A stretch of 64,000 bases of DNA. Source: Minisyncoccota bacterium. GTDB lineage: Bacteria; Patescibacteriota; Minisyncoccia; Phycocordibacterales; JABMNX01. A program made the translations under genes and the position numbers. The stretch is from positions 5,986 to 69,985 of the forward strand of contig JBBDOU010000012.1 of assembly GCA_040876885.1 (NCBI GenBank), in the 5' to 3' direction. Position 1 is the stretch's first letter. Every line of letters starts with the position of its first letter. The notes beneath the pieces are model-generated. The model was not told where the DNA came from, made no database searches, and was given only the letters and a program-made list of their open reading frames with translations. Of the stretch, positions 10,336 through 19,874 are shown piece after piece.

Positions 10336-11277
10336 ATGAAAACAACTCCTCGAGACTTCTTTTTCTTGATTGCGACGTTTGCAACACTCTATATCAGTGC
10401 AGTTAGTCTATTGACACTCCTCTTCCAGTATATTGATATTCTCTTTGGGGATACGCTACAAAGCCTTTATTACGACCCTTACTCAGGTGCGATACGTTTT
10501 TCTATTGCATCACTTATTATAATTTTCCCGCTGTACCTGTACCTCACTCGCTCTCTTAATCAGGAAGTGCGGGCGCACCCAGAAAAGAAAGAATTAGGAG
10601 TACGAAAGTGGCTTATTTACCTCACACTCTTTATTGCGGGGACTACTATTATTATCGACCTCATTGTGCTCATTAACACATTTCTTGGTGGGGAAGTACT
10701 CACGTCAGGATTTATTTTGAAAGTACTTTCTATCATCATTGTTATTGGTGGGGTGTTTATGTACTACCTGCAGGACCTAAAAGGTACATGGGAAAAATCA
10801 AAAAGTCTTTCTCAGATTATAGGGGGAGTAGTTACACTTATGGTGCTCACCTCAATCATAGGGGGATTCTTTATTATTGGTTCACCGCAGACACAACGAC
10901 TTATGCGCTTTGACCAAGATAAGATTAATGACCTTTCTAGTATCCAGTGGCAGGTTGTTACATACTTCCAGCAAAAAGAAACACTTCCTCAGACATTAGC
11001 AGAACTAGAAGACCCGCTCACGGGATTTATTCTTCCTACTGATGCACAGACAGATACTGCGTATTCATATGAGGTGGTAGAAGGTCTTACCTTTAAACTA
11101 TGCGCTGACTTCAATAAGGAAAGCAAAGGATACACTCATGCAGAGCCAAAAGCGGTACGTCTGGAGAGCTCTGTTCGATACGGAGGGTTTGATAACGAAA
11201 ATTGGGCTCATGGAGAAGGCGAGACTTGTTTTGAGAGAACTATTGACCCTGATAAATTTCCAGCATTTAAGGGATAG
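10336..11277 (+). CDS. DUF5671-like membrane protein
   Basis: PRDFFF start, IRFSIASLII.FP.Y, RKWLIYLTLF, GSPQTQRLMRFD; typical of CPR. Confidence 0.75.
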   Translation: MKTTPRDFFFLIATFATLYISAVSLLTLLFQYIDILFGDTLQSLYYDPYSGAIRFSIASLIIIFPLYLYLTRSLNQEVRAHPEKKELGVRKWLIYLTLFIAGTTIIIDLIVLINTFLGGEVLTSGFILKVLSIIIVIGGVFMYYLQDLKGTWEKSKSLSQIIGGVVTLMVLTSIIGGFFIIGSPQTQRLMRFDQDKINDLSSIQWQVVTYFQQKETLPQTLAELEDPLTGFILPTDAQTDTAYSYEVVEGLTFKLCADFNKESKGYTHAEPKAVRLESSVRYGGFDNENWAHGEGETCFERTIDPDKFPAFKG

Positions 11278-11317
11278 AGAAAACAAAAAATAAAAAGCAG
11301 TAAACACAGACGCGTAT

Positions 11318-13765
11318 ATGGAGTCCTATAACCACGAACAGATAGAAAAAAAATGGCAGAAAAAGTGGGACGAGGAGAAGCTCTATCTTACGCAAGAGCG
11401 CGCTGATAAAAAAAAGTGTTACGTCCTTGATATGTTCCCGTACCCGTCTGGAGAGGGGCTTCATGTGGGGCATCCTAAAGGGTACATCGCCACAGACATA
11501 TACTCACGACACAAACGGATGTCTGGTTTTAACGTCTTGCACCCTATGGGATGGGACGCTTTTGGACTTCCTGCTGAAAACTTTGCGCTGAAGAACAAAG
11601 TACATCCTCGCGTTGCAGTGGAGAAAAATATAGCTCGATTCAAAGAACAACTTTCTGGTATTGGTTTTAGCTATGATTGGGAGCGAGAAATAAATACAAC
11701 AGACCCTGAGTATTACAAGTGGACTCAGTGGATTTTTCTCAAAATGTTTGAACAAGGTCTTGCGTATGAATCACATGAACCTATTAACTGGTGTCCAACT
11801 TGTTTGACAGGTTTGGCTAACGAAGACCTTGAAGGAAACGAATGTGAGCGGTGTGGAACAGTAGTCGAGAAAAAACCGATACGACAATGGGTGCTTAAGA
11901 TTACTGATTATGCTGAGCGTTTGCTTGAAGACATTGAAAGTCTTGATTGGCCCGAATCAATTAAAGAATCTCAACGTAACTGGATAGGGAAAAGTGAAGG
12001 CGCTGAGATAACATTTAATATAAAACACCATGACGTAGGAGTTAGAATCTTCACGACACGTCCAGACACACTCTATGGCGCTACCTATATAGTGCTCGCA
12101 CCGGAACATGAGCTGATGGACAAGCTTAAGGTGGAAATCAAAAACTGGAGTGCGGTGGAGAAGTATATACAAGAAGCAAGTGAAAAATCAGACCTCGATA
12201 GGCAAAAAAATGAGAAAGAAAAAACTGGAGTGCTTCTTGAGGGGGTAGTTGCAATTAATCCTGTAAACAATGAGGAGGTACCAGTGTTTGTCGCTGACTA
12301 CGTATTGTCTGGGTATGGAACGGGTGCAATTATGGCAGTCCCTGCGCACGATGAACGAGATTTTGCTTTTGCTAAAGAAAAAAACTTAATCATTAGAGGT
12401 GTAGTAGTTCCAGAAGGTAACGTTAACCCAGAAGATTATGAACTGCTTCTTGTTTCACCAACTTCTAAATCAGTTACAGAATATATTTTAAAGTACGGTC
12501 CTTATACTGGCACTGGGTACTTGATAGATTCTGGTGAATTTAATAACCAAAAATCAGAAGATGTAAAAGAAAAAATAACCAAGAAGGTTGGTGGAGAAAT
12601 GAAGACGAAGTACCGACTTCGAGACTGGGTGTTCTCACGTCAGCGGTATTGGGGGGAACCAATCCCGATAATTCACTGCGAAAAGTGCGGTCCTGTCGCA
12701 GTACCTGAAGAAGACCTGCCGGTAGTGCTTCCTGAGGTTGAGCATTACGAGCCAACAGGAACTGGGGAGTCGCCACTTGCTTCAATTGATTCGTGGGTTA
12801 ACACTACGTGTCCAACCTGTAATGGTGCCGGAAAGCGAGAGACAAACACTATGCCACAATGGGCAGGTTCTTCTTGGTATCACCTTCGCTATATTGACCC
12901 TAAAAACAGTGTTGAGTTTGCAGATAAAGAGAAAGAAAAATACTGGTCTCCAGTTGATATGTATGTGGGAGGAGCAGAGCACGCAACACGACATCTTATT
13001 TATGCTCGGTTCTGGCATAAGTTTTTATTTGATATTAAGGAGGTGAATTATTCTGAGCCATTTAAACGTTTGCAACACGTCGGACTTATCCTTGCTGAAG
13101 ATGGGCGAAAGATGAGTAAACGATATGGGAATGTGGTCAATCCAGATGATATTGTCCATTTTTATGGTGCTGATACGCTTCGTGTATACGAAATGTTTAT
13201 GGGTCCCTTTGCGCAATCAGTATCATGGAATACGGAGAGTATCATTGGTCCTCGAAAGTTTCTTGAGCGTGTATGGAGACTACAAGAAATAGTTGTTGAA
13301 GGTGATGATTCTCTAGAAACAATCCTTCATAAAACAATACAGAAGGTGGGAAGCGATATAGAGAACTTCGCATTTAACACAGCAGTATCTCAGCTCATGA
13401 TTTTTCTTAATGAAGTTGAAAAGAATAAAAAGATACGCACGTCTTCCTACGTTGCTTTTTTGAAACTCCTTGCCCCGTTTGCTCCACATATTGTAGAAGA
13501 GCTTTGGGAGAAAATGGGAAATACTTCTTCCGTTCATCTTGAGCCATGGCCTGAGTATGATGCATCGAAACTTATTTCTGACACGGTCTCTATTCCAGTG
13601 CAGATAAACGGGAAAGTCCGTGGTTTAATAGAGGCTGATTTTGACATCACTGAAGAAGAAGTGCTCGCGCGCATCAAGAAGAGTGCGACTATTTCTAGGT
13701 GGATAGTGGGAGATATACAGAAGGTGATATATGTCCCTAACAAGCTTATAAGTCTCGTGATATAG
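11318..13765 (+). CDS. leuS: Leucine--tRNA ligase
   Basis: MFPYPSG.GLHVGH, GTGAIMAVPAHDERD, SRQRYWGEP, KMSKR. Confidence 0.99.
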   Translation: MESYNHEQIEKKWQKKWDEEKLYLTQERADKKKCYVLDMFPYPSGEGLHVGHPKGYIATDIYSRHKRMSGFNVLHPMGWDAFGLPAENFALKNKVHPRVAVEKNIARFKEQLSGIGFSYDWEREINTTDPEYYKWTQWIFLKMFEQGLAYESHEPINWCPTCLTGLANEDLEGNECERCGTVVEKKPIRQWVLKITDYAERLLEDIESLDWPESIKESQRNWIGKSEGAEITFNIKHHDVGVRIFTTRPDTLYGATYIVLAPEHELMDKLKVEIKNWSAVEKYIQEASEKSDLDRQKNEKEKTGVLLEGVVAINPVNNEEVPVFVADYVLSGYGTGAIMAVPAHDERDFAFAKEKNLIIRGVVVPEGNVNPEDYELLLVSPTSKSVTEYILKYGPYTGTGYLIDSGEFNNQKSEDVKEKITKKVGGEMKTKYRLRDWVFSRQRYWGEPIPIIHCEKCGPVAVPEEDLPVVLPEVEHYEPTGTGESPLASIDSWVNTTCPTCNGAGKRETNTMPQWAGSSWYHLRYIDPKNSVEFADKEKEKYWSPVDMYVGGAEHATRHLIYARFWHKFLFDIKEVNYSEPFKRLQHVGLILAEDGRKMSKRYGNVVNPDDIVHFYGADTLRVYEMFMGPFAQSVSWNTESIIGPRKFLERVWRLQEIVVEGDDSLETILHKTIQKVGSDIENFAFNTAVSQLMIFLNEVEKNKKIRTSSYVAFLKLLAPFAPHIVEELWEKMGNTSSVHLEPWPEYDASKLISDTVSIPVQINGKVRGLIEADFDITEEEVLARIKKSATISRWIVGDIQKVIYVPNKLISLVI

Positions 13766-13845
13766 TCAGAGACACGAGAGTTTGACGAAGTACTAGACAA
13801 ATGATATAAATTAAGGTACACTATTTTGTAAGAATCAATATATAT

Positions 13846-14874
13846 ATGGCAAAAATAACCTTTAAACCCAAGCAAGTAAGCAAAATGCTACTTTCTGCGC
13901 TCCCAGAACGAGCTCAGGAGGTCCTTACCAGTCGCTATGGACTCGGTAAAGTTACTGAAAAGATGACCCTTGAGTCTATTGGTGAGAAGTACGGAATCAC
14001 TCGTGAACGAGTCCGTCAGATAGAAAACCACGCACTCGTGAGTATTCGAAAATCAGAAGCTTTTGAAAAAACAACCCCTGTCTTTGAAGAACTAGAGCAC
14101 TACATAGAAAGTCTCGGAGGGGTAATTTCTGAAATAGAACTTCTCTCAAGTATTTCAAAAGATAAGAGCACCCAAAACCACATGCACTTCTTGCTCGTAC
14201 TCGGTAACCCATTTGTGTACAAAAAAGAAGATAGTGAATTTACGCATCGTTGGTATACAAACGAAGAGTTTGCAGAAAGTATCCACACAGCACTTCGGAA
14301 TCTTTACACAAACCTTTCAGACAATGAACTTGTAACAGAATCTGTGCTTCTTGAATCATTTCTTAATGAGGTCAAACATTTAAGTGACCAGTACCTCCAA
14401 GAAGAAATTCTTCGTCGATGGTTGTCTCTTTCAAAGACTATTGCAAAGAACCCGCTCGGAGATTGGGGACCTGCTGCATCCTCAAACGTTAAAGCAAAGG
14501 GAATGCGTGACTTCGCATACCTTGCAATCAAACGACACGGTTCTCCAATGCACTTCACTGAGGTCGCAGAATCTATAACAGAACTATTTAATAAAAAGGC
14601 TCATGTAGCAACATGTCACAATGAACTCATTAAAGACAAGCGCTTTGTGCTTGTAGGACGAGGACTCTATGCGCTTTCAGAATGGGGATATTCAAGCGGC
14701 GTGGTGAAAGATGTCCTTAAGACTATTCTTGAAAAAGAAGGACCGCTTTCTCGTGAGGAACTTATTGATAGAATTCGAAAAGAGCGATACGTGAAAGACA
14801 ATACGATATCAGTAAACCTACAAGACACATCTATTTTTAAGAAAGATAAAGGTGGAAAGTACTCTCTTTTTTAA
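13846..14874 (+). CDS. Sigma70 region-4 HTH protein with C-terminal winged-helix (HARE-HTH/RNAP delta-like) repeats
   Basis: RYGL...TLESIGEKYGITRERVRQIE; PMHFTEV...HNELIKDKRFVLVGRGLYALSEW. Confidence 0.8.
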   Translation: MAKITFKPKQVSKMLLSALPERAQEVLTSRYGLGKVTEKMTLESIGEKYGITRERVRQIENHALVSIRKSEAFEKTTPVFEELEHYIESLGGVISEIELLSSISKDKSTQNHMHFLLVLGNPFVYKKEDSEFTHRWYTNEEFAESIHTALRNLYTNLSDNELVTESVLLESFLNEVKHLSDQYLQEEILRRWLSLSKTIAKNPLGDWGPAASSNVKAKGMRDFAYLAIKRHGSPMHFTEVAESITELFNKKAHVATCHNELIKDKRFVLVGRGLYALSEWGYSSGVVKDVLKTILEKEGPLSREELIDRIRKERYVKDNTISVNLQDTSIFKKDKGGKYSLF

Positions 14875-14904
14875 AGAGACGTATGTTTTAAACATACTGC
14901 ACTA

Positions 14905-14931
14905 AAAAGAGCTGTCACAGACAGCTCTTTT
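14905..14931 (+). terminator. Rho-independent terminator
   Basis: AAAAGAGCTGTC-aca-GACAGCTCTTTT. Confidence 0.85.
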
Positions 14932-14949
14932 GCGTTATGATTTAGTGTA

Positions 14950-16281
14950 ATGACATTTAACCCCGCTAAGATTTTTAGTACGATATCCGTTCCTTGGATC
15001 GGAATAGTTTTAGTGCTTTTCTTTAGTCTTCTGTGGTACTTATTTACACTCTTTGCACCTCAGTTCAATCCAGTATTTAAGATACTCGTCTTGCTTTCAC
15101 CAGTATGGCTACCAGTCTTTCTTGGGATTATCTTTTGGCATGTATGGCTAGAATATATCCGTGCAAAGTTTATTAATAAACAAGAGTACGTGCTCTTAGA
15201 GATACGTATCCCTCGAGAGGTCCTCCGTTCTCCTTTGGCTATGGAGACACTGCTTACTAACTTGCACATTGGTATGGGAGAAGCGACGTTTATTGATCGA
15301 TATATTAAAGGTCAAACACGGCCATGGTACTCTCTGGAGATGGTGTCTTTGGGTGGTGAGATTCATTTTTATGTTTGGACACGTAAATTCTTGAAAGATA
15401 TTGTTGAGTCTCAGATATATGGACAATATCCAATGGTTGAAATATACGAGGTTGAAGATTATGCTAAAAAATTACACTACAATAAAGACCAGTACGGCGT
15501 GTGGGGTTGTGATTTTAAATTAACTGGAAAAGATGCGTATCCCATAAAGACATACGTTGATTATGGCCTCGATAAGGATCCGAAAGAAGAATTTAAGATT
15601 GACCCAATGGCAGGATTCTTTGAGTTTCTTGGGCATATTGGACCTGATGAGCAAATTTGGTTTCAGATTTTGATTCGGGTGAATAAGAGCAGTTTGAAAG
15701 AGGATAGAAAATATAAGAAAGGATCATTTTTTATTGAAACAACAAGTTGGAAGGATGAGGCTAAAGAAGAAATAGCAGAGATTCGAGATAATGCAACGCA
15801 AAAGTATACTGATGATCAGGGAAAAGAACGAGCCGGTTTTCCAAACATGACGCCGGGGGATACTGATAAGATAAAAGCGCTAGAGCGGAGTGTTTCAAAG
15901 CTTGGGTTTGATGCGGGGTTACGTGGTATTTATATTGCAAAGGCCGATACATTTAATCCATCTAATATCGCAGCCCTCACCTCATCTCTTAAACAACTCA
16001 ACTCGAGTAATTTGAACGGTTTTGCCCCGACAAGGTGGTTTACGGAGTTTAGCTACCCATGGCAAGATATTTTTGGAAAGAAAGAGACGTACCGTAGAGA
16101 GATTATTGACGCCTTTAAACGTCGTTCATGGTTCCACCCTCCATACAAAACACCTCATTTTGTACTTAACACTGAAGAGCTCGCAACAATTTTCCATTTC
16201 CCTGGCTCAATAGTCCAAGCTCCTACCCTTGGTCGTATACAGTCCACAAAGGGTGACGCACCTGCTAACCTACCAACATAA
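14950..16281 (+). CDS. Conserved CPR membrane-anchored protein resembling the N-terminal region of CPR VirD4/TraG-like ATPases
   Basis: LLEIRIP, SLEMVS..GEIHFYV, IYGQYP.VEI.EVEDY, LNTEELATIFHFP; no Walker A. Confidence 0.6.
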   Translation: MTFNPAKIFSTISVPWIGIVLVLFFSLLWYLFTLFAPQFNPVFKILVLLSPVWLPVFLGIIFWHVWLEYIRAKFINKQEYVLLEIRIPREVLRSPLAMETLLTNLHIGMGEATFIDRYIKGQTRPWYSLEMVSLGGEIHFYVWTRKFLKDIVESQIYGQYPMVEIYEVEDYAKKLHYNKDQYGVWGCDFKLTGKDAYPIKTYVDYGLDKDPKEEFKIDPMAGFFEFLGHIGPDEQIWFQILIRVNKSSLKEDRKYKKGSFFIETTSWKDEAKEEIAEIRDNATQKYTDDQGKERAGFPNMTPGDTDKIKALERSVSKLGFDAGLRGIYIAKADTFNPSNIAALTSSLKQLNSSNLNGFAPTRWFTEFSYPWQDIFGKKETYRREIIDAFKRRSWFHPPYKTPHFVLNTEELATIFHFPGSIVQAPTLGRIQSTKGDAPANLPT

Positions 16282-17342
16282 TGAGGGAAGACGTATATAC
16301 TGAATTAGAAGCTAATCAGTACAGACAAAATACAATTAAACCCATCTGGAAGATAGCTCGTAATACTATAGGGTACGGACTTTTTGGGACTCCGCTTAGA
16401 AAGTCAGTATTTTTTTCGGTACTTCTTTTGTTTTTTGTATTCTATACAGCGTTTATAAAACCACCAGTGGCGTTTCCTGTAGGGCATACTATCATAATTG
16501 AAAAAGGCGAAACACTTAAGGGTATTGTGGAGGATTTTGAATCAAACAATATAATCCGCTCACCATTTTTCTTTCACAGTATGGTGATTATTTTAGGAGG
16601 TGAGAAAAGCGCACGCGCGGGTGATTACTATTTAAAAGAGAAGGAAAACATCTTTAAGCTCGCGTATCGTATTTCCTATGGAGCGTTTGGGTTAACTCCT
16701 ATGCGGGTGCAAGTCCCAGAAGGACTCTCAGTTGAGGAGGTAGCCTTACATCTTTCAAATACCATCCCTGACTTTGATATGGTTGAGTTCCTTGCTCTTT
16801 CAAAAGATGATGAGGGATATCTCTTCCCAGACACGTATTACTTTTTACCCAATGTTAGTGAAAAGGAAGTGTATCGCACTATGAAAGAGACATTCGAAAG
16901 CAGGGTTGAGGAAATAGCTCCAGAAGTGACAGAGTTTATGGAAGCATATAATGTCACCTTAAAGGAGGTGGTAACGATGGCCTCTATTATTGAACTTGAA
17001 GCTTCTGATTTTGAAGTAAAGCGTACTATCTCGGGAGTATTGTGGAATCGAATTAAGATAGATATGGCGCTTCAGGTGGACGCTTCCTTTGTCTATCTTC
17101 TCGAGAAAGGCACTTCGCAGATATCTCTTGACGATCTTGCTCTTGATTCTCCATATAATACATATAAGTACAGAGGACTTCCGCCGGGACCGATTACAAA
17201 CCCGGGCCTCGATTCAATTTTGGCTGCAGTGACCCCACAAGAACATGAATATTTTTATTATCTCGCAGACAAGACTGGAGTGACACACTTTAGTGAGACA
17301 TTTGCAGAGCACACGAGGAAGAAAACTCAGTATATAGATTAG
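16281..17342 (+). CDS. mltG: Endolytic transglycosylase MltG
   Basis: VPEG, EGYLFPDTY, MASIIELE, LQVDA, SPYNTY.Y.GLPPGPI.NPG. Confidence 0.96.
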   Translation: MREDVYTELEANQYRQNTIKPIWKIARNTIGYGLFGTPLRKSVFFSVLLLFFVFYTAFIKPPVAFPVGHTIIIEKGETLKGIVEDFESNNIIRSPFFFHSMVIILGGEKSARAGDYYLKEKENIFKLAYRISYGAFGLTPMRVQVPEGLSVEEVALHLSNTIPDFDMVEFLALSKDDEGYLFPDTYYFLPNVSEKEVYRTMKETFESRVEEIAPEVTEFMEAYNVTLKEVVTMASIIELEASDFEVKRTISGVLWNRIKIDMALQVDASFVYLLEKGTSQISLDDLALDSPYNTYKYRGLPPGPITNPGLDSILAAVTPQEHEYFYYLADKTGVTHFSETFAEHTRKKTQYID

Positions 17343-17447
17343 TATTTCATTATCCCCATCCACATTCATTATCCCCATTCACATATAGATTAGTATTTCA
17401 TTATCCTCATCCACTTTTGTTCCCATGGGAACAAAAGTGGATGAGGA
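17332..17447. repeat. 32-bp direct repeat pair (17332-17363, 17383-17414) plus a 44-bp perfect palindrome (17404-17447)
   Basis: ATATAGATTAGTATTTCATTATCC(C/T)CATCCAC twice; TCCTCATCCACTTTTGTTCCCA|TGGGAACAAAAGTGGATGAGGA. Confidence 0.95.
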
Positions 17448-17576
17448 AGGAATAAAAAATTGTACCAGGGTACACCTGTGTACGATTTTTTTTGCGTTAT
17501 TTTTTACCTCTGTTACCGTCTGTTTTTTCTTCTGAGTCGGTTTCTTTTTTTTGAAAGGGTAGTGGATTTTAAGCAT
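17379..17576 (-). CDS. Possible Lys-rich small protein; 3' end runs through the palindrome
   Basis: ORF track entry; lies downstream of two coupled small ORFs. Confidence 0.3.
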   Translation of the reverse strand: MLKIHYPFKKKKPTQKKKQTVTEVKNNAKKIVHRCTLVQFFIPSSSTFVPMGTKVDEDNEILIYM

Positions 17577-17606
17577 ATTTTTTATTGTGAGTCTTTGGGT
17601 GTATTT

Positions 17607-17735
17607 CTATAATCTTGCTGTACCAAGTATTAAGTAAAAACCGCCTAGTATCGCAGTCATAAACACACTTCCTATTAACAATGCAATAATCGCCAATAAA
17701 ACGAATATCCAAAATGTCCAGTCTATTTTATTCAT
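17607..17735 (-). CDS. Small hydrophobic membrane peptide, 42 aa (MNKIDWTFWIFVLLAIIALLIGSVFMTAILGGFYLILGTARL)
   Basis: Manual translation; start overlaps the end of the upstream ORF. Confidence 0.6.
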   Translation of the reverse strand: MNKIDWTFWIFVLLAIIALLIGSVFMTAILGGFYLILGTARL

Positions 17736-17850
17736 CTTGTGTTCTTAATACTTCTGATAATTTAGGAGATTGTGAGCCAATTCTTTGTAACATATCTCCT
17801 GTCTTTGCTACTTGCGCAGGGCTTTGCCCTTCTGGAGATTCGATTCTCAT
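17728..17850 (-). CDS. Small soluble peptide, 40 aa (MRIESPEGQSPAQVAKTGDMLQRIGSQSPKLSEVLRTQDE)
   Basis: Manual translation; SD AAGGGGTG upstream. Confidence 0.55.
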   Translation of the reverse strand: MRIESPEGQSPAQVAKTGDMLQRIGSQSPKLSEVLRTQDE

Positions 17851-17919
17851 TATAAGCACCCCTTACTTTAAAAATTAAAACAAAGTTTATCCTATTTCTA
17901 GTAGATATGCTATAACACA

Positions 17920-18984
17920 TTGGTGAAAAAGGAAACAAAAAAAGTATTTGTCGGTGTGAGTGGCGGGGTAGACTCGTCTGTTTCGGCTGCACTCCTGAAA
18001 GCGGAGGGCTACGATGTTGTCGGTGTGTTTATAAAAGTCTGGCAACCAGACTTCTTGAAATGCGATTGGGAGAAAGAGCGGACTGACGCCATACGTGTCT
18101 GTGTACGTCTTGATATCCCATTTTTGACACTCGACCTTGAAGAGGAATATAAAAAGGAGGTTGCTGATTATATGATTACTGAATACAAAAGTGGACGGAC
18201 TCCAAACCCTGATGTTATGTGTAATAAGTACGTCAAGTTTGGTAGTTTCTTTTCATTTGCAAAAGAAAAGGGTGCTGACTATATTGCAACAGGGCATTAT
18301 GCTCAAGTTAAAGAAAAAAATGGTGTATACCACTTACTACAAGGGGAAGATACAAACAAAGATCAGTCATATTTTCTATGGACGCTCACGCAAAAAGAAT
18401 TGGGTTCGGTACTATTTCCTGTTGGTGGATATAAGAAAGATGCGGTTCGGAAGATTGCGCAGAAGTTTAACCTCCTTACTGCTGATAAAAAAGATAGTCA
18501 GGGAATCTGTTTTCTTGGGCACGTTGATTTAGAGGAATTTCTTGGTCATTACATAGACCTTGTCGAAGGGGATGTTTTGAATACTCATAGTGATGTGGTT
18601 GGAGTCCATAAAGGAGCACAACTCTACACGATGGGGCAACGTCACGGATTTTCTATTTTAGAAAAAGGTACTGAACGAGAACCATATTATGTTGTTGAGA
18701 AAAATTTGGAGAAAAATACAATCACCGTTTCTCATGAGCCTCACGACAGTGAGTTTACTAGAAAAGAGGTAGTGCTCACTTCAACAAACTGGATAGTGAG
18801 TGCTCCGGAAGAAGGGAAGCAATACACCGCACGAATACGCCATCGCGGGGAACTGCATCCCTGCACAGTTATAAAGAATACTGTGGTCTTTAGAGAAGCT
18901 CAGCACGGACTCGCTCAGGGTCAGTCACTGGTACTTTTTGATAAAGCAGTGTGTATCGGGGGTGGGATTGTTTCTTGGTCTTAA
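17920..18984 (+). CDS. mnmA: tRNA-specific 2-thiouridylase MnmA (GTG at 17923 is a likely start)
   Basis: SGGVDSS, TPNPDVMCN, ATGHYA, KDQSYFL, KKDSQGICF. Confidence 0.98.
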   Translation: MVKKETKKVFVGVSGGVDSSVSAALLKAEGYDVVGVFIKVWQPDFLKCDWEKERTDAIRVCVRLDIPFLTLDLEEEYKKEVADYMITEYKSGRTPNPDVMCNKYVKFGSFFSFAKEKGADYIATGHYAQVKEKNGVYHLLQGEDTNKDQSYFLWTLTQKELGSVLFPVGGYKKDAVRKIAQKFNLLTADKKDSQGICFLGHVDLEEFLGHYIDLVEGDVLNTHSDVVGVHKGAQLYTMGQRHGFSILEKGTEREPYYVVEKNLEKNTITVSHEPHDSEFTRKEVVLTSTNWIVSAPEEGKQYTARIRHRGELHPCTVIKNTVVFREAQHGLAQGQSLVLFDKAVCIGGGIVSWS

Positions 18985-19039
18985 AAATAGCTGTATGGTT
19001 TTTGTATTGAATATTGTGTAAAGCTTGTTAGTATAAGAT

Positions 19040-19873
19040 ATGGCAGAAGCAATACGTATTAAGAAGACTGATGGAACCACAGAGCCTTTTGATGTATCAA
19101 AGCTAGAACGTTCCCTAGAACGTTCGGGTGCATCTGCGTCAGTGATAAAGGTGGTGGTAAAGAAAATAACTGAGATGCTTTCTCCTGGAATGAGCACTAA
19201 AGAGATATATAAGGAAGCCTTTACTCTCCTTAAGAGTAAAGAAAAGGGTCCAGCTGCGGCACGGTATTCATTAAAAAAAGCGGTGTTCGATCTTGGTCCC
19301 AGCGGTTTTCCCTTTGAAGACTTTATTACTGAGCTTTTTCGGGCCACAGGACATGACGCTACTAATAGTGTGATTATGAAAGGGAAGTGTGCAGAGCATG
19401 AGGTCGATATGTTTGCAGTACATGAGGGAGGAGTGCGACATGGGGCAGAAATTAAATTTCATAATCACCCTGGTATTAGAACTGACCTCAAGGTTGCGCT
19501 GTATGTGTATGCTCGGTTTGATGATCTTAAAAAAGGAGGGGATGTTGATGAAGGAATGCTTATCACGAACACTCGTTTTACAAGCAACGCATTAGAATAC
19601 GGTAAATGTGTAGGGCTTCGGATGATAAGCTGGGATTATCCAGAAAAAGATAATCTGTACTCGCTCATAGAGCGGACGGGGTTACATCCAATCAGCTGTT
19701 TGACCTCTATTCCAGATAAGAACAAGAAGACACTTATTGATAATGAGGTCGTGTTGTGTCGAACAATTAAAGAGAACCCAGGAGTATTAGGTGAACACGG
19801 AGTCTCGGAGGAATTAGTTCCCAAAATACTCGAAGAAATAGGTGCCTTGTGTCAACCGGGTGCTGGAGTGTAA
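19040..19873 (+). CDS. ATP-cone domain fused to an Mrr-like PD-(D/E)xK restriction endonuclease domain
   Basis: IKKTDG..EPFD..KL ATP cone; GFPFE, HEVD...EIKFH, ITNTRFT..A..Y. Confidence 0.85.
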   Translation: MAEAIRIKKTDGTTEPFDVSKLERSLERSGASASVIKVVVKKITEMLSPGMSTKEIYKEAFTLLKSKEKGPAAARYSLKKAVFDLGPSGFPFEDFITELFRATGHDATNSVIMKGKCAEHEVDMFAVHEGGVRHGAEIKFHNHPGIRTDLKVALYVYARFDDLKKGGDVDEGMLITNTRFTSNALEYGKCVGLRMISWDYPEKDNLYSLIERTGLHPISCLTSIPDKNKKTLIDNEVVLCRTIKENPGVLGEHGVSEELVPKILEEIGALCQPGAGV

Positions 19874-19874
19874 A

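Noticed and set aside
17332-17447. Repeats as a possible CRISPR array
   Set aside because: Only two full copies, the intervening sequence is itself a partial repeat, and no cas genes are present
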